From NCBI RefSeq assembly GCF_021869535.1, contig NW_026262582.1:37510001-37574000 (forward strand): DNA of 64,000 nt. Reading direction: 5' to 3'. Numbering within the stretch: the first letter of the stretch is position 1; each line of letters opens with the position of its first letter. Shown one piece after another: positions 49,772 through 60,600 of this stretch. The stretch is from Mytilus californianus. Lineage: Eukaryota. The notes beneath the pieces were generated by a model. That model searched no databases. It worked only from the letters and a program-made list of their open reading frames with translations, and was not told where the DNA came from. Position numbers and translations under genes: made by a program.

Positions 49772-52700
49772 CTATAATAAATAAGTGTATATAAAGGAAA
49801 AGCTACAAAATATATGAGAATAATTTTTTTTTTTCGTTTCATTACTTTTATACAAACGTTTGGTGTTGTTTATATAGGACCTTCCATTTTTTTTAACTTA
49901 ATGAAAGCTTACAATTGAAATTGGTCCAAAGCTTTACTGAAATGATCATGACCTTAACGGTTTGAGTGTTCAAACAGCAACAAACTAAGGAACGTCTTGA
50001 GAAAGGTTGTATTTATTCTAAATTAACAACACCAAACGTTTGTATAAAAGTAATAACGTGCAATAAAACACATGCCATATGAACCTCGAATAAAATTATA
50101 TGCAGTTTGTACTTGTATTTCAGAACCATAAAACAAAACAAAAAATAATATTCTCAGACTCATGGTGTCTGGGTTTGTATTATATTCGCAGCTTTCATCG
50201 AAATTAAAACTGTAAAATAGAAGTTTGTAGGATTATTTTACTTCAATGTACAAATTTACAGCACTCATAACTGAACATATTTATAGCAAAAAGGAAAAAT
50301 ATTAACACACATGCATTTAACAAAATGTAGTTGGATTGCTATTGAGACAACCGTTCCCCAAAATTCCCTATAAAATGGATGCAATAAAGTATAAACACAA
50401 AGTATTAGCAACCTTCCACAAAAAAAAACTTGAATTTTCATATTTTTGGAAATGTTTTTAAAAAACTTTCTGGAAATACCATGTAATATTAAAAAAACTT
50501 GCATTTCTTTTAGTAAAAGTATATTTATTTCAACCATACCAGGAAATACTAACACACATTGTTTTATTCATTAATTATGTACTATAAAACTTTAAGTACT
50601 TAATTCAAATTCAGTTTTCCTATCAGCATTTCAATAATAAGTGTTTGCTTGCTGATTTAACCTAAAGAGGATGTTATTGTACAAAAAACGTGGTCAGTGA
50701 AAACAATGAAACCAATGTTTGATAAGAACAGACAATAGCACGGAGATAAGATAAAAAGCACCGAGTTTACACAAGCAATATGAAATACCAAATAAAATAG
50801 AGAATGGAAATAAACTCATCATAGATACCATGAGTGAAATTTTGTGTTTGCGCCAGACGTGTGTTTCGTCTACATAAGACTCATCAGTGACGCTCGAATT
50901 AAAAAAGTTAAAACGGCAAAAAAAAAGTACGAAGTTGAAGACCATTGAGCTAAAAGTTTAGCAAAATACAGCTAGGGTGATCTTTTCCTGAGGTAAACAT
51001 TTGGAAGGTGTCAGAGATAAAAACGAACCCACCGGAAAACAGCACATGGCCACTGGATCTTCAACGCAGGGAGAAATTCCCGCAAAAATTACATTATTAT
51101 CTCTCATTGGGTGTCTTATTTACAATCAATCACTATTATAACTGGAAAAGACAGGCCAATAATAATTACATATAATTTAACTGCAGTTGACTCAGTGGTA
51201 TTTCTGTAATTGCTGGTAGCACCAGTGTCATCAGAAACATCAAGATCTGAAAAGTAAAGTATGTTTTTACATGATCAGAATTCCAAATTTTTTGAAATCA
51301 TTCATGACAGAAATGAAATAAGAACTGAGAATTTAACACCAACTTAAATTTAAAACATACCTAGCACATGTAGCAGTATTGTAAAATTATTTTTTATTTA
51401 TCTAATTATACTGTTTATATCAAGAAGAACTTACTATTGAACTGAACAAATATTGGCAATTTTATCAAAAACAGAGCCATACGATTCTACAAAAGTATGT
51501 ACAAAATTGAAAAGAAGGACCAAACAAATTATGTCTGGTTTGGTAGCATTTATTATAAAATGCTTTCCACTATCTCATGCCATTAATCAGTGATTTTAGA
51601 AAAATGGTCCGTTTATAAATAACAAGAAAATAAGGTTTCAACTCCCTCAGGCAAATTTGACCCTAGATGGATTTTTCTATTTTTATGTCCATTTTTGTAA
51701 TATAGCTCTAAAACTGTTTATGTTCATTTATATCCTTGGGTTTCAAATATTCGGCTTTGAGTGTTCCTGATGAAGGTAAATACAGAAAAGCGCATCGAAC
51801 GCATGAAAGCTATAACGTATTGCTTTATTTTTTGTAGTTACTTTTAGGAAATCTATACATTAATATATATTCAAGTAATGAGCTTCTGAAAAATAGATAT
51901 TAAAAGAATAAAACTAATTTGCCCAAAGTACAAATTTCGTTGAGAATATATACAATGTGTTAGTAAATACGTTCACAAATTCGATCTGAATATACTTTTA
52001 ATACTGTTTTAAAATGGAATGCAGTAAATTCAATTCAGGACATTTTACATTTATATGTAACGTCATTAAGTTACAGTTTTCAGATTACATTCAAAATGAA
52101 ACGCATTACATGTTAATTTGTGATACAATCGAAATGCTTCTCAATCTTTAACGTTTTCTATTTTGGAAGATAAAAATGTGAACCCTCTTCCCATTAAAAT
52201 ATAATAACTTGTTTTTCGTTTTAAGTAATAGTGTTAAAATTTTATAATACCTGCATCATGAACTGTTCTGTCAGGAAATGGTATTTCCGTTTCGGATGAA
52301 TTTCCATTTGGTTGGACATTTGAATTCTGGTACATCTGATTTTCTACAGTATTATCTTGTTCTGAAATATTTAGACTACATAATGCAAAAATGTGTTTTT
52401 GTTAACACAATTTGTTTTCAAATCTTTGGTTAAGATCGTACTAAATGGATGGAGGCAACTTCATAGAGCTCATCGGACGCACGAAATTAATCAAGTGTTA
52501 TCATAATTTAATAAATAACAGCTTTTTTATGATGTCTCTTCCTGCACAAATTACTTGTGCATATTGTATCTTGGTATTCATTTTCTACATTAGAAAATGC
52601 CTGTACTAAATCAGGAATATGATAGTTGTTTTCCATTCGTTTGATGTGTTTACGCTTTTGACTTTGTCATTTATTAAGGGAATTTCGGTTTTCAATTTTG

Positions 52701-55700
52701 CTTGGAGTTTTTTTTTGTTATATTATACTTTTCATTTAGGTCATTTTTATCAACGAAGGGACGTCATATTCGTGTTTTAATCAGTTTTCAAATAAAAACA
52801 ATTCAGATTATAATAATTCAGATCTTACATGTTTAATTCAAATAATAAATACATGGAAATACACCAAGTAGGATAGCGTAATTTGTCGACTTTTTTGTAT
52901 TAACCATTAAAGATCTTTGTATTCTTAAGAAAAGGAATCGGTTAAAGCTCCAAGATCAGATACTCTCAAAGTAATCCTGCAGGCTGGTGAATGAAAAAAG
53001 TTGTAAGTAATTTTGCAGTCCTAGTAAAGCCACTTTGTTTTGAGGATAGTAGGTGATTAAGATAAAGTGAACATAGGCAGTTTTTATTATTGGTAGAAAT
53101 TAAACTAAATCGTTGTTTGTCCCTGGTTTCTGTTTTGTTTTTTTCTTTTATTTAAAAATTATCACATAATTTTGTATTTAAATTATCTATGCTATGCAAA
53201 AGATCACATGCATTCTATTTACCATTAATTTCTTCATTTGATGCATGCCTGAAATATAAGTTTCATTTTATATACACATTGTAAAGACTAATATAATAAT
53301 ATTTGCAACTAGGTTCTAATTAAAATAAATCAACCTTTATGTTATCTCTATCTATTTTTACGCAATATTAGTTAGTTCAAACGTTTTTTCAAAGAAAGAT
53401 TATGTTAGTCATAATATTTTAAATTTTAAACATAAAAATCTGATTTCATCCCTTTAATTGAATTGGCAGTATATGTAACATTGGCTATTAAAGTATAATC
53501 GAAATCTCAGTGGTTGTTTCTTAATGATTTTAATCATTCTTTAATGCCTACTTTACTTAAATCTTTGAGTTAACTCTACTACTCTTTCCTCAAAGGTAAC
53601 AGTTTTTGAACTCGATAACACATGAGAGGACAGTAAAACAAATCTAATCAAGGGTTAAGAGCTCAATACTGTTGATATTTGTCATACGATACATTTACCG
53701 GTATTCTGAAATTATTGTAAAAACACTTTTCAGCAGTTCAATATTAAGCATAAAGTTTATGCTTATCTAACTACAGCACATAGGTTTTGCACATATCTTA
53801 TTTTTTAATTTCAAACTTGAATTGTAATAGCATTTTTGGCTCACCTGTCCCGAATGGCTAAGTGAGCTTTTCTCATCACTTGGCGTCCGTCGTCCGTCGT
53901 CCGTCGTCCGTCGTCGTCCATAGTCGTTAACTTTTACAAAAATCTTCTCCTCTGAAACTACTAGGCCAAATTTAACCAAACGTGGCCACAATCATCATTG
54001 GGGTATCTAGTTTAAAAAATGTATCCAGTGACCTGGCCAACTAACCAAGATGGCCGCCATGGCTAAAAATAGAACAAAGGGGTAAAATGTAGATTTTGGC
54101 TTATATCTCTGACACCAAAGCATTTAGAGCAAATCTGACATGGGGTAAAATTGTTTATCAGGTCAAGATCTATCTGCCCTGAAATTTTCAGATGGATCGG
54201 ACAACCCGTTGTTAGGTTGCTGCCCCTGAATTTGTAATTTTAAGGAAATTTTGCTGTTTTTGGTTATTATGTTGAATATTATTATAGATAGAGATAAACT
54301 GTAAACATCAATAATGTTCTGCAAAGTAAGATCTACAAATAAGGCAACATGACCAAAATGGTCATTTGACCCCTTAAGGAGTTATTCCCCTTTATAGTCA
54401 ATTTTTAACAATTTTTCGTAAATTTTGGTAATCTTTTACAAAAATCTCCCCTCTGAAAACTACTAAGACAAATTTAACAAAACTTGTACACAATCACCAT
54501 TAGGGTATCTTGTTTAAAAATTGTGTCCGACTACCTCGCCCGCGAACCAAGATGGCCGACATTGCTAAAAATAGTATATAGGATACAATGCAGTTTATGG
54601 CTCATATCTCTGAAACCAAAGCATTTAGAGCAAATCTGACAAAAAGATAAAATTGTTCATTAGGTCAAGATATATCTGCCCTGAAATTTTCAGACCATTC
54701 AGGCAAACCGTTGTTAGGTTGCTGCCCTTGAATTGGTAATTTTAAGAAAATTTTGCAGCTTTTGGTTATTATCTTAAATATTATAATAGATAGAGAAAAA
54801 CTGTAAACAGCAATAATGTACAGCAAAGTAAATCCTAAAAATAAGTCAACATGACCAAAATGGTCAATTGACCCCTTAAGGAGTTGTTGCCCTTTATAGT
54901 CAATTTTTAACAATTTTCATAAATTTTGTAAATTTTTACAAAATATTTTCCACTGTAACTACTGGGATAAGTTCATTATAGATAGAGATAATAGTAAGCA
55001 GCGAGAATGTTCAGTAAAGTAAGATCTGCAAACACATCACCATCACCAAAACACAATTTTGTCATGAATCCATCTGTGTCCTTTGTTTAATATGCACATA
55101 GACCAAGGTGAGCGACACAGGCTCTTTAGAGCCTCTAGTTTACCTTCCAAACATATCAGTTCTGGTTATCTTTATTTATGTCACATTGTTTGACTGGGGA
55201 TGTATGCATAATAATAATGGTATTGTGATTCATTAACCATGTAAACTATTCTAATCTTACTCAATGTGAAACATAATCGATTCTATTTTACTTGATATAT
55301 TTTTCATTTACTTTCTTCACATGTGATATGCAAAGGACATCAATATAGGGTCGTTTAATTCACCATACTGCAAGTGAATTTTGTTTGTCTTTTCTAAATA
55401 TCAACATTGTTGAATTTAGGTTGAAAGTATTTTAGATCCTCTTTACGTCTTGATTGAAGACTACAGTCTTTTTAAATGTTATGGTATGACTGTGTTCTTG
55501 GTGTATACAACCGATTAAATTGTCATTTAAGTAAATGTGTAGTTTTAATCATCCAACAACAATACAACAATTTGAGAATACGGAGTTACTTCCGTAAATC
55601 CTGATTAAATTATGACAATGCCGGATATGCATGCCATAACGAAGAGTGACAAATGTGCACTGCACATAAAAATTATAACAAACAGCAGTCTTTTTAAACA

Positions 55701-58700
55701 ATAATGTAAATATCAACCTGTATTTTAACAATTAAAAGTCCTTATCAACACCTGTCTGTTTAAATGTTTATCAATCAAACACTATTCATATCTTTTACCT
55801 TTTTGTAACTCTTCGACATGTGAAAAGAAAGGATCTCAACATTTCATCTAAAATGATATCACCATAAACATGATAGATATAATGTTAATATAAGAAATAG
55901 AAATACAATTGAAATTATATGTCTCGTGTGAGAAAAAAAAACAGTATGTTTTACTATGTTTCAACTTCTGAAAACTGCGAAAAAAATCTCACGCGTAAGT
56001 AACTGGGTTAGCAGTATCTTCATTATTTGTTTCAGTTTTTCACGGACATGCTCTGCATATTGATGTCACAGTTCTATGCACATTTTCACAATTGTCATCT
56101 TTCATTTGATGCCTCAATCACCAGAATATTTTCTATACAGTTTGATATTTATACCATTGCGTCGAAACTATTTTATTTTGGATATGTACTACTTCAAGAG
56201 TATGTTCTGTTTGACTGGGCCAAATTTGGTGATGTTATTTGTGTTTTTCAATGTACATGTACTGATTTTGTGTCATGGAAGTATTCGTGTTTTTACTATA
56301 ATCTAGTTCAAACGATCACGATATAATTTCTCGACATCAGTGAATGTGACACGTTACTGGATATGGACAATCTTTCAATTGGTATTGACAATAAACATGT
56401 CTTCGTGCACATTTGTGAAAAAATCTTTAAGCTTACCGAAACACATGAGATACATTCGGTTTCTTTAGGGATTTTGTTGATAAGTCTTTAAAATTTCTAT
56501 GATCTACTTTGTAATATACTTTGTGTCTTAGTTCACCAGCATTGTTTGCCCTTGCGTTTTCAATTTCTCTCTAATTGATTTTTTTATGTACGTTTGGTAT
56601 CATTTTGCTGTTCAGTCTTTCAGGCACTATTTGTAATCCACTGATCAATTTTAATTAGTGTAGGGCTAATAACTTAGATAACATCTAGTATAACCATACT
56701 ACATGTTAATGTTTTTGCCCGAAATCGGGGACTTCATCTGTGTATTTTTATTAATAGTTAAATGTGTTGTTTTTTCTGACGGGTTTTAGGACATACAGTG
56801 TTCATGGCAGATATATCCGATATCTCTCCAATTTTGTTTTAACAGTGTTTTCTTACCAATAGATGTCCCCTTCACTTTTGCTAGTCCAACAATTGTAATA
56901 CAACCTCCAAACAGAACAACAGGAATCATTACAAGCAAAATTACTAATGTCTGTTCATTGTTTCCTTGTTGATTTTTTGGAACTACAACAGATATAAATG
57001 TATGAAAATATAAATGCATGCAATGCTTAAGTAAAGAGTTTCTTTATTCTATATTGGATCGAGATAAAGGGGGAGGGTAGAGATCACACAAAACATTTTA
57101 ACCCCACTTCATTTTTAGCCTGTTCCAGTTCAGGAGCCTCTGACCTTTGTTAGTCTTGTAGGTTTTTTAATTTTAGTTCATTTATATGTTTTAGAGTTTA
57201 GTGTGACGTCCATTTTCACTGAACTACATGTAGCTAGTACACAATTATATTTAGGGGCCAGCTTAAGACCACCTCCAGGTGCATGATTTTCTCGCTGTAT
57301 TGAAGACCCATTGGTAGCTTTATGCTGTTTTCTGCTCTTTGGTCGGGTTGTTGTCTCTTTGACATATTCCCTATTTCCATTCTCAATTTAATTTCATTCG
57401 TCGGCAAATATAATCAAATTCATAATGTTTTATTTATCAATATAAATGATATCTTTCATTGACCTGTGATGGAACCTGTTATTTAAGTTTCGATGGTTTG
57501 TTTACATGCAAATAATTTAACTGTACTTACATTGAAAATTGGTTGTCTTTATTATCATTGGAAAACTTGTTGTGATCCCTAAACTTTGAGCCGTACAATT
57601 TGTTGTCGTGGTTTCTTTTGCTCTGTCTTTCAGAAGCACATACAATTTAAAATGTTTTATTAATACATTTCGTTTTGTTTAAAAAACAAACGTCCCATGT
57701 TTATCTTGTATTTATCAATTAAATTTGCTTGACATACCTTTTAAATTGTTTAAGTCGAATGCGGTAAAGCACTAGACCTTTTTAATGTCTGTAAAAGTCT
57801 TACTGATGGGTATCCGTCTGACAATGCAAAATGTATAAATTGTCAGCCTTATCAATACAAAAATGGAAATTGAGTTGAGTGCCTAATGCAGGGATACTTT
57901 TACGTTCTATACACGGTTCAAAATATCTTATAGAAAATGTTATAGAAGTCTGTAGGTAACATGTCGTTGTCAGTTTGTTTTCGATCTATGAGTTTGACTG
58001 TCCCTCTGGTATCTTTCGTCCCTCTTTGCTAGAGGAATATATTGTTCCATTAAAATAAGTCAGATCGTGTTTGAATACGGCATACTTAAACTAACCTTCT
58101 AAATATACGTTATACTTGGTCTCATAAAAAAGTCCATCATTATTAAATCTGCAGAAATAAAAACCAATGTCTCCTTTCTGAAAATTTGTGATAATCAGTT
58201 CATAACCTCCTTTATTTTCGTGAAATACATATTTTCCTTGGTTCAGCTTTGGGTTTCTTTTTTTATCTGCAAAGTAAACTAAATTGTTTTGTACATCATT
58301 GTTGATATCTGGCCCTAACCAGGTCACACCAGCGCCAGAACTGGAACATTTGAAAACAGCAGTTGCACATTTTTGAACTTTCACATTGATTGTGTCATTT
58401 CCAATGCCTGCAATTAAAGACGATACAAATAGAATGATAAGTAAATGAATAATATTTAGTGTTTTGGTCTCTACATAATTATAAATTCTCAAGATCAACT
58501 GAAGGTTAAGCAGAAACACATTCTGATTGAAATTCGTATTATTTGTTGAAAAGTTTCTACGGCTATTGTTGATAATTCCATCCTCATCATGACGGAACAT
58601 CCTTCAATTAATCACTTGTTTCATATCAACATGACTTAAAGTGCATTTTCAACAGAATATGTTGTGTATTACTCTAATGAGACATCAATCTTACTTAATT

Positions 58701-59527
58701 GCAATTAAAAAAAAAATCTGTCGTCAACACAAAATTACGAAAACAAATACAAACAAAAGTCATTAAGAACAAACAAAACATCATAAATTTTAACAAGCTC
58801 ATGAACACGCTATGGGATAACATTTTTTTATAAGATTTAACTTTGTCCCCTTCGATATTTTTTTATCAAAATAAAAAAATATATGGTGTTAATGTGACAA
58901 ACGACAACCATAACTTATTAAATTAGTACAATGAAAGAGATTCTATTTAAATTAAACCGAATTCGTTTTCATTCTATATAAACACCTTTCGCAAATGTGC
59001 CTTGTAGAAAGTAGAAGTGTTTTCATTCCGAATTAATTTGAACAAAGTAAAAATATAAATATATGTCAAAATTCGCAAAGCACACATGTTAAGAATTCAA
59101 CTTACAGTATCAATAATTGATTAATCCTGTTATTATAGTCCTGTAAATTGTCTGTTATATAGGTTTGATCATTGTTGAAGGCCGTTTGGTGACATATAGT
59201 TTCTAACCTGTATTGCATTTGGTCACTGGTTGAAGATTATTTCAATTGCAATCCTATCACTTCGTCGTATTCAAAATTGTTGGTCTTTTCGATGTTTATC
59301 GTTTTTTTGCAATGGTGTTGTAAATGCTTGTCCGAGTTATGAGTTTGGATGTCCCTTTCATATCTCCTATCATTTTTCTGTTATATTTTTCGTCATTGGA
59401 TATAATTTGTGGTTATTATACAATTTACTTTCGCTGTCACTGTTGTCTCATGTTAGTGTAATATAAATATACCTGAAACCATTTTTATTTGAACTGTTAT
59501 CGCAAGCAGAGCTAGAATTGCTGACAT
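49544..59527 (-). CDS. Receptor B: paralog of receptor A, 359 aa; join(59527..59473,58407..58096,57626..57531,56982..56857,55847..55799,53248..53223,52361..52251,51246..51170,49771..49544)
   Basis: Nine canonical exons, same phases as A, 1080 nt = 360 codons, single terminal stop. Confidence 0.87.
50851..50892 (-). ncRNA. Type I hammerhead ribozyme, intact core, in sense orientation within the last intron of receptor B (retrozyme fragment 50808-50996)
   Basis: RNA CGUCA CUGAUGA GUC UUAUGUA GAC GAAAC ACAC GUC^UGGCG; stem III loop ACAC, not palindromic. Confidence 0.85.
51170..51246 (-). CDS. Receptor B exon 8 (DLDVSDDTGATSNYRNTTESTAVKLY)
   Basis: 77 nt, phase 1->0; donor TAT|GTAATT. Confidence 0.8.
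51761..51802 (+). ncRNA. Hammerhead-like motif of a third family, within a ~51620-51835 repeat, antisense in intron 7 of receptor B
   Basis: Stem I GUGUUC/GAACGC, CUGAUGA, GAAA, A-GCGC-AUC; stem II (AGGUAAAUACA) barely pairs. Confidence 0.55.
52251..52361 (-). CDS. Receptor B exon 7 (MYQN motif; 30 nt shorter than A)
   Basis: 111 nt, phase 1-1; donor CAG|GTATTA. Confidence 0.85.
52593..52732 (+). repeat. Interspersed family B (CCTGTAC.AA.TCAGGAATATGA.AGTTG...TTTGATGTGTTT); also 3047-3155(-), 23232-23330(+), 60938-61180(-)
   Basis: Direct sequence recurrence; the 23232 and 52593 copies sit at orthologous intron positions. Confidence 0.8.
53223..53248 (-). CDS. Receptor B exon 6: 26-nt micro-exon (RHASNEEIN)
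   Basis: tatttcag| and ATG|GTAAAT. Confidence 0.8.
53833..55140 (+). mobile_element. Non-autonomous Helentron/HINE (DINE-1-like) element with ~500-bp tandem core, in intron 5 of receptor B
   Basis: T-run start, GCTCACCT / AGTGAGC subterminal IR, (CGTC)n microsatellite, core units from ~53932, ~54435, ~54934 (partial), 3' AGGTGAGC then hairpin AGGCTC-TTTA-GAGCCT, ending CTAGTT. Confidence 0.8.
55799..55847 (-). CDS. Receptor B exon 5 (DEMLRSFLFTCRRVTK)
   Basis: 49 nt, phase 1->2; ttttag| and AAAG|GTAAAA. Confidence 0.85.
56857..56982 (-). CDS. Receptor B exon 4: transmembrane helix LVILLVMIPVVLFGGCITIVGLA followed by KVK
   Basis: 126 nt, phase 1-1; ORF 56786..57019. Confidence 0.9.
57050..57390 (+). 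repeat. Interspersed family E (...TTTAGGGGCCAGCT...TGAAGACC..TTGGT...GTTGTTGTCTCTTTGACACATTCCCCATTTCCATTCTCAATTT); also 44690-44910(+), 40090-40300(-), 34150-34330(+), 29630-29680(+)
   Basis: Direct sequence recurrence. Confidence 0.8.
57531..57626 (-). CDS. Receptor B exon 3: stalk DRAKETTTTNCTAQSLGITTSFPMIIKTTNFQ
   Basis: 96 nt, phase 1-1; donor T|GTAAGT. Confidence 0.85.
58096..58407 (-). CDS. Receptor B exon 2: Ig domain (C21...W30...DIGFYFC)
   Basis: 312 nt, phase 1-1; inside ORF 58091..58600; donor AAG|GTTAGT. Confidence 0.92.
59473..59527 (-). CDS. Receptor B exon 1: signal peptide MSAILALLAITVQIKMVS
   Basis: Acceptor tttctttaattcag| before 59552; donor CAG|GTATAT. Confidence 0.8.
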
Positions 59528-60462
59528 TTTCAACCATGTTCCACCACTTTGACTGAATTAAAGAAATCAAGAAAAATTCTGGTCTCGGGAACTTCATTGA
59601 GGTATACACAAAATTCCAAAATGAAATGCAGAAACCGTTCATAAAGTATTAGAGTTGGGATTCTTATTAGATTGAATAGACAGTTGACTCTGAAAACCAA
59701 CATCGATAAATGTTCGAACTCTAACATATACATTTCAAGTTTGGGAGAATCCATAGTAGAGATAGCGATGAGTGAACAGAGACATATTTATTTTGAAAGG
59801 ATTTTATGCAAAATAATGATATTCTTTTCTAATCAAAGGGTAACAGCTCTTGATAGTGTACATAATTGTTCATCTGACACTAAAAATACGCAATACAATG
59901 TGGCATACCATCTTGTAGTTGAATTCGCATCGTATTATGACTATGGTGTGTAAAGAAGGAAACATTCTGACAGTGGAAAGTAGTGATAAAAAATAAGTTT
60001 TAATATAATATCGCTTTAAATATTACAACGGATGATACATACATTCCTTAGTCCTGTTAGTGACGGAACTGATATCACCTCATTTTGTATACTTGAGATT
60101 CTTATGTCTTTATCTAGATTTGTGATATTTGTATATATTGTATGTCGATTCTTTGTGTTTGCAATTTAGTTTCAACTTATCAATGTTTTTTTTTTTATTT
60201 CCATACAAAAATGGAGAATAAAAGATATTGCAAATGCTTTTATACCCGAACAAAATTGTTTGAAACACAATACTGCTTAAAATCACGAATGGATCTCTTA
60301 AAGATAATAAACATACACTATATAACACAACGCTTGGTATCCATCATGTTTAATTACGTGTATTGTAGTTGTAAAATTTAGGTCAAGCTCTTGTTGAATA
60401 TCAAATATATAAACGTGCGTATACATATAGATGAACATGCCTTATTATTGTAAACACTTTAC

Positions 60463-60600
60463 CTTTTAGTTGCTCTTTTTATCCTTAAGCATTTGGTTAC
60501 AACAACGATACAACATTAATACCTATGTTATATAAAGTTATTGCTGATTGAAAATCAAGTTAAACTTTTATTATGTTTTTATATATCATTGTAAAGTTTA
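60463..60600 (-). other. Probable non-coding first exon of receptor B; boundaries approximate
   Basis: Same conserved donor context as 32186. Confidence 0.45.

Noticed and set aside
845-58407. RAG-type V(D)J or somatically rearranging Ig locus
   Set aside because: Each Ig exon has normal splice sites and its own gene context; I saw no heptamer-spacer-nonamer signals or J-like segments
58408-58600. N-terminal 64 aa of ORF 58091..58600, including a hydrophobic stretch
   Set aside because: Intron sequence upstream of the conserved acceptor at 58408; not conserved as coding in A
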